From the NCBI GenBank assembly GCA_046290225.1, contig JBKAGE010000078.1, positions 448,001 to 512,000 of the forward strand: 64,000 bases of DNA, written 5' to 3'. Source of the stretch: Bradymonadia bacterium (GTDB lineage: Bacteria; Myxococcota_A; Bradymonadia; UBA7976; UBA1532). The notes beneath the pieces were generated by a model. That model was not told where the DNA came from. It searched no databases and was given only the letters and a program-made list of their open reading frames with translations. Both the position numbers and the translations under genes were made by a program. Below, piece after piece: positions 19,712 to 31,487 of this stretch; within the stretch, counting starts at the first letter, position 1, and each line of letters begins with the position of its first letter.

Positions 19712-20445
19712 CAGCGCCCAGGGACGGGGGGGTTGTCTTTGAACTGGTAGTAGGCGTTGAGCACGGCCCGCACATACTTGGCGGTCTGCTCATAGGGGAT
19801 CTTGGGGGTGCTGTTGCGCCCGACCGCGCCTCCACCGGCGTGGTAGCCGGAGAGGGTGAGCACCAGATCGCCGTCAAACTGGTTGGCGAGGATGCGCAGA
19901 TAGCGGGCGCCACCGAGGATGTTCTGTTGGGGATCGAAGGCGTCGGTGACCCCCATGTCACCGGCGGTCCCGGGCATGAGCTGCATGAGGCCCTGGGCCC
20001 CCTTGTTGCTCACTGCCCGCGGGTTGAAGCCGCTCTCGATCTTCATCACCGCCCAGATGAGCGCCTCGGGCAGCTGATAGTGCTCGGCGGCCTGCTGCAC
20101 CATGGGGACGAAGCTGGCAGGCACCATCACCTTGCCGCCCTTGGAGCGTGCACGCCGCTTGCCCTTGACCTTCGGTCGCTTGCTCGCGGTCGGCCGCGCC
20201 TCACCTTCGCCCTTGATGTGGTTGAGGATCTTCCCACGCTTGGGCTTGTACGAGGTGATGCGCACGACGCCTTTGTGCTCGCTGGTGTAAACGTCGGCCT
20301 CGGCAGTGCCGGGCCACACGAGCCCAGTACAGATCAACCCAGTGCAGAGCAGTCCAGCGCATGACACAGAAGACACGCTCACCCACGCCCGCATACGCGC
20401 GCGGGTCAGAAAAAACGGTGAAGGGGGGCTGTACATCTTCATCAC
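19711..20445 (-). CDS. Lytic transglycosylase (SLT domain); start uncertain (20445, 20442 or 20394)
   Basis: IESGFNPRAVSNKGAQGLMQLMP, NILGGARYL, YHAG. Confidence 0.9.
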   Translation of the reverse strand: MMKMYSPPSPFFLTRARMRAWVSVSSVSCAGLLCTGLICTGLVWPGTAEADVYTSEHKGVVRITSYKPKRGKILNHIKGEGEARPTASKRPKVKGKRRARSKGGKVMVPASFVPMVQQAAEHYQLPEALIWAVMKIESGFNPRAVSNKGAQGLMQLMPGTAGDMGVTDAFDPQQNILGGARYLRILANQFDGDLVLTLSGYHAGGGAVGRNSTPKIPYEQTAKYVRAVLNAYYQFKDNPPVPGR

Positions 20446-20599
20446 GCCTCACGTTCTACCACAAACCATCCCAAAAGACGCCAACTGCGCCACAGCGAGA
20501 CGGGCAGTGACCTCGCCTCAAAAACGGCGGGGGTCTTCAACAACCTGAACGAGAGAAGGCCCTGAAGGATTCCAGGGAAAGGTGAGCGAAGGCTGTGAC

Positions 20600-22474
20600 T
20601 CAGGGACAGCCGGCAGCGGCGCCGCAGTCAGCGTCGGCACAGTCGACGTCACCATCGCCGTCGTTGTCGATGCCGTCGAGGCAGAAACCCGCCTCGGACA
20701 TCAGGCGGCCATCACGGCCACAGGCGCCGATGTAGGGGTTGCGCTGGCATGCGAAGTCGTCGCAGTCGGCGAAGCCGTTCTCATCGTTGTCGATGCCATC
20801 GGTGCAGGTCTCGAAGGTACCCTCAGCCTGCTCGCCACAGACAGTGACGAAGGGGTTGTACTGGCAGGAGAAGTCGTCGCAGTCGGCGAAGTTGTTGCCG
20901 TCGTTGCTCACCATGTCGCTGCAGGTCTCGTCGGAGTTCTCGCGATCACCGGGGCAGCCCACTGCGGGGTTGTACTGGCACTTGAAGTCGTCACAGTCGA
21001 CGAAGCCGTCGCCGTCATCATCGACACCGTTGCTGCACATGCCGGGGCTGGACTCGTGCTCGGCGTCGATCACCGGGGGCATGCCGCCACCGGCGCCGCC
21101 CATGCCACCGCCAGCACCGCCCATGCCGCCACCGGCGCCGCCCATACCACCGCCGGCGCCGCCAGCGTTGCCGTCACACGCCGCAGCAGCGTTGCAGTCG
21201 CTGTCGTTGCAGTCGGTGTTGCCGTCGCCGTCGTTGTCCACGCCGTCGAGGCAGAAGCCACCCTCGGAGGTCAGATCGCCGTCGCGGCCACAAGCGCCCA
21301 CGTAAGGGTTGCGCTGGCAGGCGAAGTCATCACAGTCGGCGAAGCCGTTCTCATCGTTGTCGATGCCGTCGGTGCAGGTCTCGAAGGTACCCTCGGCCTG
21401 ACCACCGCAGACGGTGACAAAGGGGTTGTAGCGGCAGGTGAAGTCATCGCAGTCGGCAAAGTCGTTGCCGTCGTTGCTCACCATGTCGCTGCAGGTCTCG
21501 TCGGAGTTCTCGCGATCACCGGGGCAACCCACTGCGGGGTTGTACTGGCACTTGAAGTCTTCGCAGTCAGCGAAGCCGTCGCCATCGTCGTCCACACCGT
21601 TCACGCACAGCTCAGGGGTGGCCTCGTAGTTGCTGGCGGAGAAGGGCCCACCGCCACCGCCGCCACCAGCGCCGCCACCGGCACCGCCGCCGCCACCACC
21701 CGCACCGCCGCCACCGCCGCCACAGGCCGCAGCGCCACTGCAGTCGCTGTCGTCACAGTCGGTGCTGCCGTCGCCGTCGTTGTCCACGCCGTCGAGGCAG
21801 TAGCCGCCCTCGGAGCTGATGGCACCATCACGGCCACAGGCACCGATGTAGGGGTTGCGCTGGCAGCTGAAGTCGTCGCAGTCGGCGAAGCCGTTCTCGT
21901 CGTTGTCCACACCGTCGGTGCAGGCGGCGAAAGTGCTCTCGCCCGCCTCGCCACAGACGGTGACGAAGGGGTTGTACTGACAGGAGAAGTCATCGCAGTC
22001 GGCGAAGTCGTTGCCGTCGTTGCTCACCCCGTCGCTGCAGAGCATGTCGGAGTTCTCGCCGGCGTCGGGGCAGCCCACTGCGGGGTTGTACTGACACTTG
22101 AAGTCGGCGCAGTCGGCGAAGCCATCGCCGTCATCATCAACACCGTTGCTGCACAGGGCCGCGGTAGCCTCGTACCCGTTGGGGTTGAACCCGTTGGGGC
22201 CAGCGCCACCGGCGCCGCCAGCGCCACCGCCCGCGCCACCACCAGCACCCCCTGCGACACCGCCAGCGCCGGCAGCGCCGCCGCACGCAGCGGTCCCGGC
22301 ACAGTCGGGATCCGAGCAATCGAAGAAGCCGTCACCGTCGTTGTCGGTGTCGTCGTCGCAGATCTGCTCCCGGGTGTCCTCACCGCTGTCGTCTTCTGCG
22401 CACCCGCCCATGGCGGCGGTGATGCCTGCTGCCGCGAGCAGGGCGATGCTGAACTGCATAGGCCGAAACTTCAT
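20600..22474 (-). CDS. Lipoprotein with 13 Cys/Asp-rich CxxGxDNDGDGxxDCxDxxC-type motifs and Gly-rich linkers
   Basis: GGAGGA RBS before ATG 22474; lipobox AMGGC; one motif followed by three 4-motif modules. Confidence 0.85.
   Translation of the reverse strand: MKFRPMQFSIALLAAAGITAAMGGCAEDDSGEDTREQICDDDTDNDGDGFFDCSDPDCAGTAACGGAAGAGGVAGGAGGGAGGGAGGAGGAGPNGFNPNGYEATAALCSNGVDDDGDGFADCADFKCQYNPAVGCPDAGENSDMLCSDGVSNDGNDFADCDDFSCQYNPFVTVCGEAGESTFAACTDGVDNDENGFADCDDFSCQRNPYIGACGRDGAISSEGGYCLDGVDNDGDGSTDCDDSDCSGAAACGGGGGGAGGGGGGAGGGAGGGGGGGPFSASNYEATPELCVNGVDDDGDGFADCEDFKCQYNPAVGCPGDRENSDETCSDMVSNDGNDFADCDDFTCRYNPFVTVCGGQAEGTFETCTDGIDNDENGFADCDDFACQRNPYVGACGRDGDLTSEGGFCLDGVDNDGDGNTDCNDSDCNAAAACDGNAGGAGGGMGGAGGGMGGAGGGMGGAGGGMPPVIDAEHESSPGMCSNGVDDDGDGFVDCDDFKCQYNPAVGCPGDRENSDETCSDMVSNDGNNFADCDDFSCQYNPFVTVCGEQAEGTFETCTDGIDNDENGFADCDDFACQRNPYIGACGRDGRLMSEAGFCLDGIDNDGDGDVDCADADCGAAAGCP
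20620..22175 (-). repeat. Three ~440-bp intragenic repeat modules (offsets about 570 and 546 bp)
   Basis: cgcgatcaccggggca at 20941 and 21511; cggggttgtactg at 21535 and 22081. Confidence 0.9.
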
Positions 22475-22547
22475 GAGCGCTCCTCCAACTGTGACAGGAC
22501 CACCTCCGCTGGGTGACAACGAGGCGGCACGAACAGGTCCAGATACG

Positions 22548-22581
22548 AAAAAGCCCCCCCGAGGGGTGCTCGGGGGGGCTT
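22548..22581 (-). terminator. Rho-independent terminator after tRNA(CAU)
   Basis: AAGCCCCCCCGAG-CACCC-CTCGGGGGGGCTT followed by TTT on the minus strand. Confidence 0.9.
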
Positions 22582-22588
22582 GTTTCAG

Positions 22589-22662
22589 TGGCTTCGCAGG
22601 GACTCGAACCCCGAACCTAGCGATTATGAGTCGCTCGCTCTAACCAGTTGAGCTACGAAGCC
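22589..22662 (-). tRNA. tRNA with CAT anticodon (elongator Met favoured, Ile2 possible); CCA not encoded
   Basis: GGCTTCGTAGCTCAACTGGTTAGAGCG-AGCGA CT CAT AA TCGCT-AGGTTCGGGGTTCGAGTCCCTG-CGAAGCC-A; G1:C72 is paired, so not initiator. Confidence 0.93.
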
Positions 22663-23112
22663 GCCTCGATGCCTTCGATGGCAGCTGCCTGGGGGGTCAG
22701 ATTCCCTCTGACCTTGAGGCGGCGGAAACCTATCACTGCCCTGCTGACCACTGCAAGATGTTTCTTTGCTCTTTTCTCAGAGCTCACATTCTCAGGGGGT
22801 TAGCTGGATCCCAAGGGTTCGAGCAGACGCTCCGTTCTGGACGTGAAGGCTTTGGAATCACATACAAAAGCAGCCATCGCCCACATTCTGCCCACACCTG
22901 AAGATCAGCGGAACCGAAACGATCACAGTGACTTGCGAAAAGTTTTCCACAGGTTTTTTTGGCGCATGAAGCAAACGCTCCTATATTACCGACATCACTC
23001 GGTTTTTGCCTCAAAAACCACTCAACAAGCGTTCAGTAGAACACGGTTCATCGGGTACGGCTCATGCCATGCTCTATGACCCCTTTTTGCCTCAGCGGGG
23101 ACTCTGAGAGAC

Positions 23113-24495
23113 ATGAAGCTGCGCATTCTCACACCTGGTTTGTTGCTCGTCCATGTGCTGGCCCTGCACGGTCTCGGCGCCTGGTTCAAGTGGGGCACGC
23201 CCGATGAAGAGGTCGAGGCAGCTTCTGGAATGACCGCAGCACCAGAGATCCATCAGAGTGGCTCGGGCCCCCTCGCCCACCCACCCGAGACGTCGCCCGG
23301 CATCGAGATGATGGCCTCCGAGGCCACGAGGGCTGCGGTGGAGACTCTGCCCGGTCACCTCGATCTCGACAGCTTCGTGACCGAAGATGGGGCGATGTTT
23401 GGCGATCTGGGCAACGGTTGGACCGCAGAGCTGACCCTGGATCCCGTGCTCCAGAAGCTGGCCACTCGCGGGCTCACTCGGGGGCGGGTACCCTTTGGCG
23501 CTGTGGTCCTCCTCGATCCTCGGACCGGCGACGTGCTGGCCATGGCTGATCGCGCGCTTGCGGGCAACCCCGCTGTACCGCCGGCATCTCCCGACGGGCC
23601 CTCTCACGTGGCGCTTCGTGCTGCGGCCCCGGCAGCGAGCATCTTCAAGATGATCACCGCCTCTGCGCTGCTCGACTCTGGCATGCGCCCGCACAAGCGC
23701 GTGTGCTTCAACTCTGCTCGGCGGACGCCGAAGGCTGTGCATCTCGAGGCACCCAAGGCGGGTGGCGAGTGCAGCAACATGTTCGACGCGCTGGCGAACA
23801 GCGAGAACGCCTTCTTCGCCCGGGCAGCGCATACACAGTTCAAAGATCCGCGGGGCCTGCGGGACACGGCCCATCGATTCGGGTTCAACAAGGTGCTGCC
23901 CTTTGAGGCCAAGACCGACGCCAGCGTGGCTCAGGTGCCCGACAACCCTCTGGAGCGCGCTCGGATGGCTGCGGGGTTCTGGCATGCCCGCCTGACACCT
24001 CTGCACGGTGCTCTGCTCGCGGCCACCATCGCCGAGGGTGGCTTGATGCCCACCCCGCGTCTGGTTGCTCGAGTGCGTACGCCTGGTGGTGAGGCCCTGG
24101 ACTCCCCCACCTCTGATCCGCTGGGTCGTCCTCTGAGCCCTCAGCACGCACGCTCGGTGGCCAAAATGATGAAGCGCACGATGACCCATGGCACGGGTCG
24201 CAAGGCCTTCACCGAGAAGTTGAAGATCTACAAGCACCTGCGTGGGGTGCAGATCGCGGGCAAGACCGGTACCCTCGACGAGCGGACCGAAGACCGCACC
24301 ACCCGCTACACGTGGTTCGTTGGGTATGCCCCTGCAGACAACCCGCAGGTGGCCATCGCGGTCCTGGTGGGGAACGGCGAGACCTGGTGGCAGAAGGCGA
24401 TCCACGTGGCCCGCTATGTCCTCGACGGCTACTTCAAGCACTACCCCAACGCCCGACCCCAGTCGGTGGCCACCACACCCAGCCGCCGCGGCTGA
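23113..24495 (+). CDS. Penicillin-binding protein, transpeptidase domain only
   Basis: SIFK (SxxK), SEN (SxN), KTGT; N-terminal hydrophobic anchor. Confidence 0.92.
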   Translation: MKLRILTPGLLLVHVLALHGLGAWFKWGTPDEEVEAASGMTAAPEIHQSGSGPLAHPPETSPGIEMMASEATRAAVETLPGHLDLDSFVTEDGAMFGDLGNGWTAELTLDPVLQKLATRGLTRGRVPFGAVVLLDPRTGDVLAMADRALAGNPAVPPASPDGPSHVALRAAAPAASIFKMITASALLDSGMRPHKRVCFNSARRTPKAVHLEAPKAGGECSNMFDALANSENAFFARAAHTQFKDPRGLRDTAHRFGFNKVLPFEAKTDASVAQVPDNPLERARMAAGFWHARLTPLHGALLAATIAEGGLMPTPRLVARVRTPGGEALDSPTSDPLGRPLSPQHARSVAKMMKRTMTHGTGRKAFTEKLKIYKHLRGVQIAGKTGTLDERTEDRTTRYTWFVGYAPADNPQVAIAVLVGNGETWWQKAIHVARYVLDGYFKHYPNARPQSVATTPSRRG

Positions 24496-24620
24496 GCGGT
24501 ACACGGGTCCGCGAACACCCCCCCTTCAGTACCCACCCTCCTCGCTCCGTTGCCCGTCCATGAGCAGGACCACACGCTGTGGCTCTGCAACTGAGACTTG
24601 CCGACCGGGAGAGGAGCGCG

Positions 24621-26132
24621 ATGCGCCCCGCACCCCCATCCTCCGTTGCCTCTGCCTTCTGGCTGGGCTTGCTGCTGCAGGCGGTGGTGTGGTGTGCCCC
24701 GGCACATGGGCAGATGAGCGGGCCCTTCGTCGATCAGGGCTTCACTGGGCGTTCAGCGGACAATGATCCGGATCTGATCGTGGTCCGGGAGCTCTACGAC
24801 TCGGCCACAGGTGTGCAGAGCATCTACCTGCGCGTGCACGACGGCGCGCCCGACTTTCTTCTCATGAGCGGCCGGCTGACCTTTCGAGGGGTAGAGGTCC
24901 TCGGGGTGATCACAGATGGTGACGCCCTGGAGAACCTCGACGCGCAGTGGGGTATCCCCGAGGGGCCCTATGCCGGTGAGCGCCGTGGTCTTGAGGGTGA
25001 AGATCCCCTCACCCATGTTCCTACCCCGGGTGATGTGCGAGATGCGGCTCGGATGGAGTCCGAGAGCTCGGTGCGCTTCTGGTTCGCCAACGCCGCCGAC
25101 GTGGACGATCTCCGCGTCCTCATCCGATACCCCGGCGAGCCCGGCTCTGCCGAGTTCGACGTGGTGCTCTTCGAGAATGACCTGTTCCCTGATCCAGATG
25201 GCTGGCCCGCGACGACGACCCCAGGCATCCAAGTGGGGCGCCTCGAAGACGCCACACCTGACGACGGCGACTACTCCGAGGTGCACCGTGTCAGGCGCAT
25301 CAAGCTCACCGTGGAGGATGTGGATCTCGTCGAGGACGAGGTCTTCATCGGCGCCCTGCCTGAGGGCTCGGGTGTCGCGGGACCCGCGACGATCACCGTG
25401 GACAATTACTCCAGCGGCCAGGATGTCGATCAGGACAACGGCTTCGACCAGAACGGTTTGATCTCGCCCATCCGCACGGCCGAGGGCCTCGACCACCTGG
25501 TCTGGCGTTTGGAGCCCATGATCTCTCGCGGTGGGGCGGTCCTCCCTGCTGAGCACATAACACTGGCTTCGGCCCCTTCCGCTCTGGGCCTTGGCGAGCG
25601 TGTAGAAGTGTCGATCACCGTGGACGTGCCCTCGGGCACGCCCGTCGGTCACTACGTGGGCCGGGTCGAGGTCTTCGAGGACAACAACGAAGATGGTGAG
25701 CCAGGCCTGGGAGAGCCCATCGATCAGGCGGAGATCTCTGTCACTGTGGGCACCCCGGTCGACATTGACGCCGGGCCCGACTTCGGACCGCCTGAAGATG
25801 GCGGCCCAGGCGGTCCAGGTGGCGCTGGGGGCATCGGCGGTGCTGGTGGTGGAGCAGCCGGTGGCAGTGGCTCCGGCGGGATCGGTGCTGGGGGTGTGGG
25901 CGGCTCTGGTGGCTCTGGAGGCCTCGGTGGTTTTGGCGGCTTCGGCGGTGGCGGCGATGGCGGGGTAACGCCCCGCAGGCCGGGGGGAGGCGCTGACGGA
26001 GATCTGGGCCGACCTCGAGGCGGGGCTCTCGGCTGCGCTTCGACCCCCTCCGGCGGGGTGCCGATCTTCACAATGCTGTCACTGCTCGCCCTGATGCCTT
26101 TCAGAAAGCGACTCTTCAGGAGGAGGGGCTGA
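24621..26132 (+). CDS. Secreted acidic protein with Gly-rich linker and MYXO-CTERM-like tail
   Basis: GAGGAG RBS; signal peptide; ends GGALGCAST..IFTMLSLLALMPFRKRLFRRRG. Confidence 0.75.
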   Translation: MRPAPPSSVASAFWLGLLLQAVVWCAPAHGQMSGPFVDQGFTGRSADNDPDLIVVRELYDSATGVQSIYLRVHDGAPDFLLMSGRLTFRGVEVLGVITDGDALENLDAQWGIPEGPYAGERRGLEGEDPLTHVPTPGDVRDAARMESESSVRFWFANAADVDDLRVLIRYPGEPGSAEFDVVLFENDLFPDPDGWPATTTPGIQVGRLEDATPDDGDYSEVHRVRRIKLTVEDVDLVEDEVFIGALPEGSGVAGPATITVDNYSSGQDVDQDNGFDQNGLISPIRTAEGLDHLVWRLEPMISRGGAVLPAEHITLASAPSALGLGERVEVSITVDVPSGTPVGHYVGRVEVFEDNNEDGEPGLGEPIDQAEISVTVGTPVDIDAGPDFGPPEDGGPGGPGGAGGIGGAGGGAAGGSGSGGIGAGGVGGSGGSGGLGGFGGFGGGGDGGVTPRRPGGGADGDLGRPRGGALGCASTPSGGVPIFTMLSLLALMPFRKRLFRRRG

Positions 26133-27871
26133 TGAAGCACATCATCACCACGGCCCTCCTGCTCTGGGGGGCCCAGGCGACAGCTCAGGGCGCCAATACC
26201 CGCAGTTTCGTACCTCGGCCCTCAGGCTCGCCAACGCTCACCCTCGATGGCACCGCCCCCCTGGGATATGGCGGCCTGTCGGCGTCCCTGTGGACCGGCA
26301 TCGAGTCGCAACCGCTGATCTTCTATCGCGAGGGGGATCACACTGCGGACATCGTCACCGAGCGCACCACCCTCGACGCCGCCTTCGCCGTGGGGGTCGC
26401 CCAAGGGGTAGATCTGGGCCTCGTGGCCCCCATGGTGCTGATGCAGTCCGGACGGCAGCTGGACGATCCGAGCCCCATCGCCCGCTTCGCCTTTGGTGAT
26501 CCCCGGTTCGCCCTGAAGAGCCGGCTGCTCGACAAGCGGGTCATCAACCTCGGGCTGGCACTCACCCTCGCGGGCACCCTGCCCCTCGGTGACGCTGACG
26601 CCCTCACCGGTGAGCCCAACGCCACCGGCGAAGCTCTGCTGGCCTTCGAGGTGCCCCTCGGCCACCGACTCGATCTCCTGGTGAACACAGGCGCGCGCTT
26701 CAGAGAGCCCACCACCATCGACGAGCTGACGCTGCACCACGAGTGGCTCATGGGTTTCGGCGCCAGCTGGAGGGCCTTTCCGGGGCTGGCGGTCTCCGCA
26801 GAGGTGGTGGGACGTACGGATCTCGGCGCCCCCTTCGCCGAGGTGGAGACCTCCCCAGTGGACGTGAACGGCGCTGTGCGCATCTCGCTGTGGCACGGGC
26901 TCTCCCTCACAGTGGGTGGCGGTCTCGGGGTTCAGGCAGGCTACGGCGCCCCCGCCTGGCGGGGCATGGTGGGCATCGAAGCGGCCCCTCGACGACACGA
27001 CTTCGACGGCGACGCCCTCGCGGACGGCCTCGATCGCTGCATCACGGTGGTGGGCGTGCCAGAGCGAGACGGCTGTCCGGCACCAGTAGTCGAGGTGGAG
27101 ACCCCCACTGAGCCTGAGGCGCCCGTGATCGCGGATCGAGACGGCGATGGTCTCGAAGATGCCGTGGATGAGTGCCCCGAGATCGCCGAGGACGCTGACG
27201 GGTTTCGCGACACCGACGGCTGCCCGGACCCGGACAATGATCTCGACGGCATCGCTGACGTAGATGATGGCGCTCCACTGGCACCAGAAGACTTCGACGG
27301 CTTCGCTGACAACGATGGCGTGCCTGATCTCGACGATGACGATGATGGCGTGCTCGACGTGGTAGACGCGTGCCCCGAGGTGGCGGGGCCTGAGAATGGC
27401 TGCCCCGCACAGGTGCAAAGGCCCCGACGTGGGCCCGAGCCTGGAGGGCCTCTGCTGCTGGGCGACACGCTGCACCCCGCCTCCCCCATGCGCTTCGAGT
27501 TCGCCCGAGCCACCCTGCACGCCGCCTCTGCGGATCTGCTCGACGGCCTCGCAGATTTTCTCAACGCCCACCCCGACTGGGGCCCGGTGGAGGTGGGGGT
27601 TCACACCGACGCCCTGGGCAGCCAGTCGTGGAAGCGCGCGTTGTCGATCCAGCGGGCCGCGCAAGTACGGGCGGCCCTGGTGGCCCGTGGGGTGCCCGCA
27701 GCGCGACTCACGGCGAAGGGGTACGGCCCCTCGATCCCCGTGGCGAGCAACGAGACCCGCGAGGGCCGATATCGCAACCGCCGCGTGGAGCTGCGGTTCC
27801 TCCAACCTCCTCCGGTGAAGACCCGAGATGCCGCTGGCACCGGTCCCGTGGCCGTGGAGGATCACCGATGA
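26132..27871 (+). CDS. Outer-membrane beta-barrel + TSP3 repeats + OmpA-C protein (TraB-like architecture)
   Basis: Signal peptide, amphipathic strands, DxDGDG..DxCP repeats, HTD..LS..RA..GYG..NRRVE. Confidence 0.88.
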   Translation: MKHIITTALLLWGAQATAQGANTRSFVPRPSGSPTLTLDGTAPLGYGGLSASLWTGIESQPLIFYREGDHTADIVTERTTLDAAFAVGVAQGVDLGLVAPMVLMQSGRQLDDPSPIARFAFGDPRFALKSRLLDKRVINLGLALTLAGTLPLGDADALTGEPNATGEALLAFEVPLGHRLDLLVNTGARFREPTTIDELTLHHEWLMGFGASWRAFPGLAVSAEVVGRTDLGAPFAEVETSPVDVNGAVRISLWHGLSLTVGGGLGVQAGYGAPAWRGMVGIEAAPRRHDFDGDALADGLDRCITVVGVPERDGCPAPVVEVETPTEPEAPVIADRDGDGLEDAVDECPEIAEDADGFRDTDGCPDPDNDLDGIADVDDGAPLAPEDFDGFADNDGVPDLDDDDDGVLDVVDACPEVAGPENGCPAQVQRPRRGPEPGGPLLLGDTLHPASPMRFEFARATLHAASADLLDGLADFLNAHPDWGPVEVGVHTDALGSQSWKRALSIQRAAQVRAALVARGVPAARLTAKGYGPSIPVASNETREGRYRNRRVELRFLQPPPVKTRDAAGTGPVAVEDHR

Positions 27872-29478
27872 GGGCTCTGCTGACGATGATTGCAGTGTGC
27901 TGGGCGATGCCCGCCGCCGGGCAAGGCCCGCCAAACGGGTTTCACATCCCTTTGGGAGAAGGGCCGCCCCCTAAGTCCGCCCCAGAGCCACCACAGACAG
28001 ATCCGCCACCCAAGGCCGCTCCGAAGGCTGGCCGGAAAGAGTCACCCAAGCAGGCAAAGCCAGAGAGAGCGGTGGCCACCCCCTCTGAGCAACCATCGGG
28101 CTCGACCCAGGCCGCCCCTGCCGCTCAGGTGGCCGATGAGGGTGTCTCTGATCGTCCGGTGCGTTCCCGCGCAGTGGAGCGTGTGCTTCGAAGGGCGCTG
28201 AAACAGAGTCGAGCCCGACGTCCACGGCCGGCCTCTCCCCGACGGGCGAAGCGATATGTCGACCGCTGGGCCAAAGCGAAGGCTGTGACCCCACTCGATG
28301 CCGCGAGCCGACGGGTGCAGATCCGCGGTGACGAGGTGGAGCTGCCTGATCGGGTGCTCTTCAATCACGACGCGGTCACCTTCGCCAAAGGCACACAGTC
28401 GGTCATGCAGGCCGCAGGTGATCTGCTCCAGGCCAGCCCGGAGGTCGAGCTGGTCCTCATCGAGGGCCACACAGATGCCACGGGCCCCGCCGACTACAAC
28501 CAGCGCCTGAGCGAGGCGAGAGCGAGCGCGGTCCGTGAGGCCCTGATTCGTCATGGCGTGGCACCAGAACGTCTGGTGGCCTACGGCTTTGGGGAGACCC
28601 GGCCGGCGCAGAGCAATCAACGCGCCTCCGGCCGTCAGCGCAATCGCAGGGTGGTGATCCGGCTCATCGAAGCTGATCGCAAAGCCCTCGATGCCCGTGC
28701 CCCTGTGGAATGGGGACATGGGGTGGTGGTGGCCGCCCGCGGGGAGGCTCGATGGCACTCTGGTGAGGCCGAGGCGGCGGAGATCACCCTGGGTACATCG
28801 CTTTCCGAGGGCTCCACGATCATCACCGGTGAAGGTGAGCTGACGCTTCGGCTGCCTGATCTGGGGGTCGTCACCCTGATGCCCCACACCGAGCTGACCC
28901 TCACCAAGATCTATGCCGACGCCGAGGGGCACACGCACTACACCGCCATCAAGCTGCTCCGTGGCCGCCTGCGGGGGCTGAGCAACCCTCGTGCCCTCGC
29001 CGACAGCCGCACCCTCGTAGCCCTGCCCGGTGGCTCTGTGGAGCTCAGTGAAGGCCGCTGGGACCTCTCGGTGAAAGGTCAGCAGCGATGGCTGCGCGTG
29101 GACGAGGGCACGATGCACGTGGCCCGCGGCGGGGCACAGTCCCTCACCCTCACCGACGGCGCCATGGTACGCCTCGATCTCGATGACGCAGCCCCTGAGG
29201 CGGTCCCGGCGCCGTGGGTGGTCGTGCGACCCGCCGACGACGCACCTCAGAAGGCACTCCAGTGGGTGATCCCCGAGGGGCATGTGGGGGCCAGCGAGGT
29301 GGAGATCGCCACCGACATCGGCTTTGGGGCGTGCATCGTGCGGGAGGTCGTCGACATCGACACGCTCCCGCTGGCGGGTTTGCCTCTGCAGGTGGGTCAG
29401 ACTGTGTACTGGCGGGTGGTGCCGGTCTTCGAGGACGGCCGCCGAGGTCGGCCCTCGGCCATCTACGCCATCACGCCT

Positions 29479-31473
<1,995 letters not shown>

Positions 31474-31487
31474 CCTCTCACCTCACT

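Noticed and set aside
20600..22474. Repeats as a CRISPR array or mobile element
   Set aside because: They are in-frame protein-coding modules
22943..22951. DnaA-box match TTTTCCACA in an AT-rich intergenic region (oriC?)
   Set aside because: Only one box seen, and no dnaA/dnaN/gidA context
23058..23074. Sigma-54-like GG-N10-GC element upstream of the transpeptidase gene
   Set aside because: Poor match to TGGCAC-N5-TTGC; likely chance
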